Shown here in pieces: positions 60,068 to 64,000 of a stretch of DNA of 64,000 bases. This DNA is from Rebecca billardiae RCC1528. Lineage: Eukaryota > Protista > Haptophyta. The stretch lies in assembly GCA_965240325.2 (NCBI GenBank), contig OZ251255.1, positions 558,001 to 622,000 on the forward strand, in the 5' to 3' direction. Each line of letters starts with the position of its first letter. Position 1 is the first letter of the stretch. The position numbers and the translations under genes are program-made. The notes under the pieces were generated by a model that saw only the letters and a list, made by a program, of their open reading frames with translations, was not told the DNA's origin and searched no databases.

Positions 60068-60501
60068 GCCCAGGAGCCGTCGGAGCGTGCCGGGTCCTCC
60101 GCGAGTTGGTGGAGGAGGCGCGACAGGCGCAGCGGTTCGGCCGAGCAGCGAAATGCGCACGTTCTTACGAACGAGACCTCGTGAGCAGCTGGCTGGTTCG
60201 ACTCGACCACTCGATTCAGGTCGCGACAGGGCAGCTTCGCGCGAAGCTCCCTTCTTTTGGAGTACGTACTTTATTACTACTTACTTTAGTAGCATTCATC
60301 ATAGATTCTTGATTGCGCGAACCCGCCTTGACTGTTGATGGTGATAAAGAGAGGGCACTGGGGCAGGGCGACCCCTTATTATTACTCATTAGGGTGCGAC
60401 CCCTCAATCCCTGCTCGCATTCTTGAGAGCTAGCTTGATGCCTCTGGAATTCTCACGGCGTTCAAGTCAATTAGTGGCTGTGATTGGCCCATGTACTGTC
60501 A

Positions 60502-60538
60502 TCAATCTCGCCTGCCTGAGCTGTGTGCGTCTCTTATT
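60502..60538. repeat. Solo copy of the palindrome-arm sequence
   Basis: tcaatctcgcctgcctgagctgtgtgcgtctcttatt is the exact reverse complement of 39786-39822. Confidence 0.9.
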
Positions 60539-60819
60539 ATTCTCATAATCATATATCTCCATATTCTTCGCGTGGGATCTGCTCCAATTCTGCATGCATG
60601 AATTGAGAATTGAGAATGATGAGCTCAATCACAGCCAATCGGTTGGTCGTCGCCGAGATCGACGATTCTGTTTCCTCGAATCACCGGCCGCCTCCAACGG
60701 GGGCCAGGGCCTCCCTTGCGCCTGATGCGGTGGCATGAACCATCGGTCAGACCAAGGGGCTTATTACAAAATACCACTGGGGGCGAAAGCGCCAGTGCGG
60801 AGCCCCGTCGGACGATGCG

Positions 60820-60925
60820 ATGAGACGGACAGCGTCCGGACTCCGGTCAGCGGAAAACCCTGTGCGAGGTGCGCACCTCGCACAGGGTTTTCCGCTGACC
60901 GGAGTCCGGACGCTGTCCGTCTCAT
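60820..60925. repeat. Perfect 106-bp loopless palindrome
   Basis: atgagacggacagcgtccggactccggtcagcggaaaaccctgtgcgaggtgc|gcacctcg...ctcat; 53-bp arms. Confidence 0.96.
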
Positions 60926-61789
60926 GTACAGTCCCCTCAACAATTGGTTACCCTTGATGTGTTTAGCTGTCTATACCAGCTCAGTCACTGTTTGAGGCCC
61001 ACTGCTGCATGCTATCTGCTACTGCACCTATAGCCCTCACAGACCAGGTGGGTATGAGCTGGGCGGGTGTGTGGGCTGAGTCAGTATCAGATAAATTGAA
61101 TGCAGGTGCACAACCGGCTGACGGGTGCTGCGCGGGGGTGCTGGACCACCACGAGGGCAGGCAGGGATGGAAATTCACCCCCTGAGCAGGCTGTGGGCTG
61201 GCTGGCTGGGAGTGTAGCAGCTGTATAGTGGGCCCTGGCGCTGCAGCTGGATGGCCTTATTTGATACTGCCTAGCAGCCAGCCTAGCAGCACAGCCTGGC
61301 GTGAGCAGTGCGGTTTCAGTGCGCAGGCCACGTCTCTGCGGGTGGTGCGGTCGGGGAATGGCCACCACAGTGCACCATAAGATGCACCTAGCCTGCCAGC
61401 GGCCCACCTGCTGATTGGGTATGCCCTGTAGCACAGCACACGAGGCTCCGCCGAAAATCAGCGGCGCGCTGTGCTACAAGCTGGGCTGAAAGGGGTGTGG
61501 GAGCCAGTCGAGAGCCTGTCGGCCGGGTATGGACCCGAGTTTCTGCTACCCATATTACCTTCATAGGGGAAATGTTTTCTATAGGGATTTTTGGCCCTGT
61601 CGGCCGTAGCGATGGTAACACCCCGGTCACCCGCCCGCGCAGGCACGCGAGGGACTGCGGCTCGACAGCGCGCGCGTCAGGCGCGCGCGCGCGGCGGCGG
61701 CCGCGCGGCGGCGCGCCGCATCGCCGCCGTGACGCCGTCGGCGTCCTGAGTCAGCGGCGCGGTCGGTCCGCGGCGGCACTCCTGGGCCG

Positions 61790-62568
61790 GCGGGCCCGGG
61801 CCTCGCGGCCCGGGAGGAGGCCCCCTGTAACAGCTGTAACACCGTAACACGTAACAAGTCCGGCTCGTCCGAGTCCGGGGCTGCCGGCGGGCCGGCCGCG
61901 CCGGGCCCGGGAGGAGGCCCCCTGTAACAGCTGTAACACCGTAACACGTAACAAGTCCGGCGCGTCCGGGTCCGGGGCTGCCGGCGGGCCCGGGCCTCGC
62001 GGCCCGGGAGGAGGCCCCCTGTAACAGCTGTAACACCGTAACACGTAACAAGTCCGGCTCGTCCCGGAGTCCGGGGCTGCCGGCGGGCCGGCCGCGCCGG
62101 CGGCCCGGGACGGGAGGCCCCCTGTAACAGCTGTAACACCGTAACACGTAACAAGTCCGGCGCGTCATCCGGGTCCGGGGCTGCCGGCGGGCCCGGGCCT
62201 CGCGGCCCGGGAGGAGGCCCCCTGTAACAGTTGTAACACCGTAACACGTAACAAGTCCGGCTCGTCCGAGTCCGGGGCTGCCGGCGGGCCGGCCGCGCCG
62301 GGCCCGGGAGGAGGCCCCCTGTAACAGCTGTAACACCGTAACACGTAACAAGTCCGGCGCGGCGAGTCCGGGAGCCGGCCGGTCCGGGGCCGCGGCGGGC
62401 GGGCCGCCGGGCCCGGGAGGAGGCCCCCTGTAACAGCTGTAACACCGTAACACGTAACAAGTCCGGCGCGGCGAGTCCGGGAGCCGACCGGTCCAGGTCC
62501 GGGGCGGGCGGGCCGCCGGGCCCGGGAGGAGGCCCCCTGTAACAGCTGTAACACCGTAACACGTAACA
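61790..62568. repeat. Array of 8 units (97-109 bp): conserved ~50-bp core with 4 GTAACA iterons plus GC-rich linkers
   Basis: Core GGGAGGAGGCCCCCTGTAACAGCTGTAACACCGTAACACGTAACAAGTCCGGC; first TGTAA of each unit at 61826, 61923, 62020, 62123, 62223, 62320, 62429, 62538. Confidence 0.97.
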
Positions 62569-62909
62569 CAATGGCGCCGCTCGGCCATGGCCCGTCGTCG
62601 GCCCGGTGAAAAAATGGCGGCGGGGCGCGCGGCGCGCAGCGTCGCGCTCGGTGCGCTCGGCGGGGCTCGATGAGCGCCCGCGGACGGGCGAGCGCGCACG
62701 GGCGCGAGCACCGCGGCGGTTCGCGTGGCGTCGCGCTGCACCGACCCCGGCGCGAGCGCCGAGTCCTTGTTTGCACGCCGCCTCGTTTGCCGAGCCCGTC
62801 GGCCGACGGCGCGAGGTGGGCGCGGCGGCGGCGGCGGCGGCGGCGGGGCGGCGGCGGCGGCGACGGCGACGGCGCGCGGGCGCATGCGCGCTGCACGGCC
62901 GCCGCGTCG

Positions 62910-64000
62910 TCAACGCGCCGGGCCCATCGCGGCACGGCCGCTGGCGAACGCGGCGTGGAAGCGCGAGGCAAACTCGGCGCTGCGGGGCGGCGCGCCCGTG
63001 CGGCCGCCGCCCGCGCAGAAGAGCATGCTGCGCAGGCAGACGGCGCGCGCGTACCCGGCGCCGCGCGCTGGCACGCACGCCTCGTCGGCGCAGCACAGGT
63101 CGAGGCCGTCGGACTTGGCGAAGTAGAAGACGGTGGCGTGCTCGGCGCCCTTGCACTCGCACCACCTGCTGGCGGTCGAGCACGTCGCGACCGGGCCGTG
63201 CGCCGTGCTCCCAGCAAACACCTGCACGATGCGCGGCCAGCGCTCGGCCGAGCCAGAGACTCGTGCGTGCGCGTGCAGCTGCTCGTTGAGCCAGCCGACC
63301 AGCGCCGCGCGCCGCGCGCCGGCCGCCGCATCGCGACCGGCGGCGCTCGTCGCCGGCACAGCCGGTCGGCCGGGCGCGGGCGGCGGCGCGCTCCACTCGA
63401 CCAGCTCGGTGCGCAGCCGCGCGCGAGAGAGCCAGCGCGCGCCATCCGCCGCGAGCCGCCGCAGCGCGTGCTGCGCAGGCAGCGCGTCGAGCCACGCGCA
63501 GCGCACGGCGCCGTGCTCGTCGGCGGCGACGACGGCTGCCGGCAGGTAGGGCGGGCCGCCGTCCGACTTGGCCGTGAACGGCAGGCGCAGGCCCGCCCCG
63601 TAGATGCTGCAGTCGATCTCGAGCTTGTGCCAGCACGGCGGCCGCGGCTGCGAGCGCGCCCAGTCGTGCAGGACGCGCGCGATGCGCGCCGCCTCAGCGG
63701 CCGAGATGATGGCCGAGTCGTTCCATGTCGCGTGAATCCCGGCTCGGCGCACGCCCGGCGCCGAGCCGGCGGCGGTCGCGGGGCTGGGCGCGCGCGCCGA
63801 GACGTACACGACGCGCCCAGCCACGGGAACGGGCACGGGCAGATGCTCCTCCGCGACGCGGTAGAGGCCGACGAGCAGTGCGGCCACGTCCGAGGGGGAG
63901 GGCGCGGTGCTGAAGGCGCAGTCCACATCGACGACGAAGCGCGCGCGCGCGCCGAGCGCCTCGACCACCATGGGCGCGCGCGCGCCGTGCACCAAGTGCT
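62910..64000 (-). CDS. Archaeo-eukaryotic primase-polymerase (NCLDV/herpes-type AEP) with C-terminal UL52/PrimPol-like Zn finger; 5' part outside the window
   Basis: Motif I VVE..RFVVDVD, motif II GIHATW, motif III IDCSIYGAGLRLPFTAK..PYLP, Zn finger SRWCECKGAEH..FYF..CCADEAC; no introns in the visible part; frame open to the window edge. Confidence 0.8.
   Translation of the reverse strand, partial: HLVHGARAPMVVEALGARARFVVDVDCAFSTAPSPSDVAALLVGLYRVAEEHLPVPVPVAGRVVYVSARAPSPATAAGSAPGVRRAGIHATWNDSAIISAAEAARIARVLHDWARSQPRPPCWHKLEIDCSIYGAGLRLPFTAKSDGGPPYLPAAVVAADEHGAVRCAWLDALPAQHALRRLAADGARWLSRARLRTELVEWSAPPPAPGRPAVPATSAAGRDAAAGARRAALVGWLNEQLHAHARVSGSAERWPRIVQVFAGSTAHGPVATCSTASRWCECKGAEHATVFYFAKSDGLDLCCADEACVPARGAGYARAVCLRSMLFCAGGGRTGAPPRSAEFASRFHAAFASGRAAMGPAR

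Noticed and set aside
61790-62568. CRISPR array
   Set aside because: The 'spacers' are related to one another and recur (A/B/C classes), there are no cas genes, and the context is eukaryotic.

Overview
Very GC-rich eukaryotic DNA with spliceosomal introns; composition, intron style and TTAGGG-like repeats suggest a haptophyte-like microalga (inference only). It is not prokaryotic and has no CRISPR, rRNA or tRNA; most long ORFs in the track are GC-rich shadows. Host genes sit in tight head-to-head pairs: Gly-rich protein/LNR-Kringle membrane protein, Btz(CASC3)/CASP, Asp/Asn beta-hydroxylase/mitochondrial carrier, and IPI1(TEX10)/RPL10A. Others are a C2-domain protein, a transportin-3/importin-13-like protein, an SPR1-like+ankyrin protein and a hybrid histidine kinase. 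Lower-GC accessory zones (8-11, 19.6-28, 33.2-44.6, 60.2-61.6 kb) hold non-autonomous DNA transposons with readable TIRs and TSDs (including a three-level nest at 39.4-40.8 kb), a 1.5-kb foldback, a frameshifted pogo-type transposase, perfect palindromes, a 25-bp minisatellite and two near-identical inverted copies of an unrecognised intronless gene. The best candidate for a new system is at the right edge: a giant-virus/herpes-type AEP primase-polymerase gene with a Zn finger, lying directly upstream of an 8-unit array carrying 32 GTAACA iterons. This may be the origin or terminus of an endogenous viral or self-replicating element that continues past the window.
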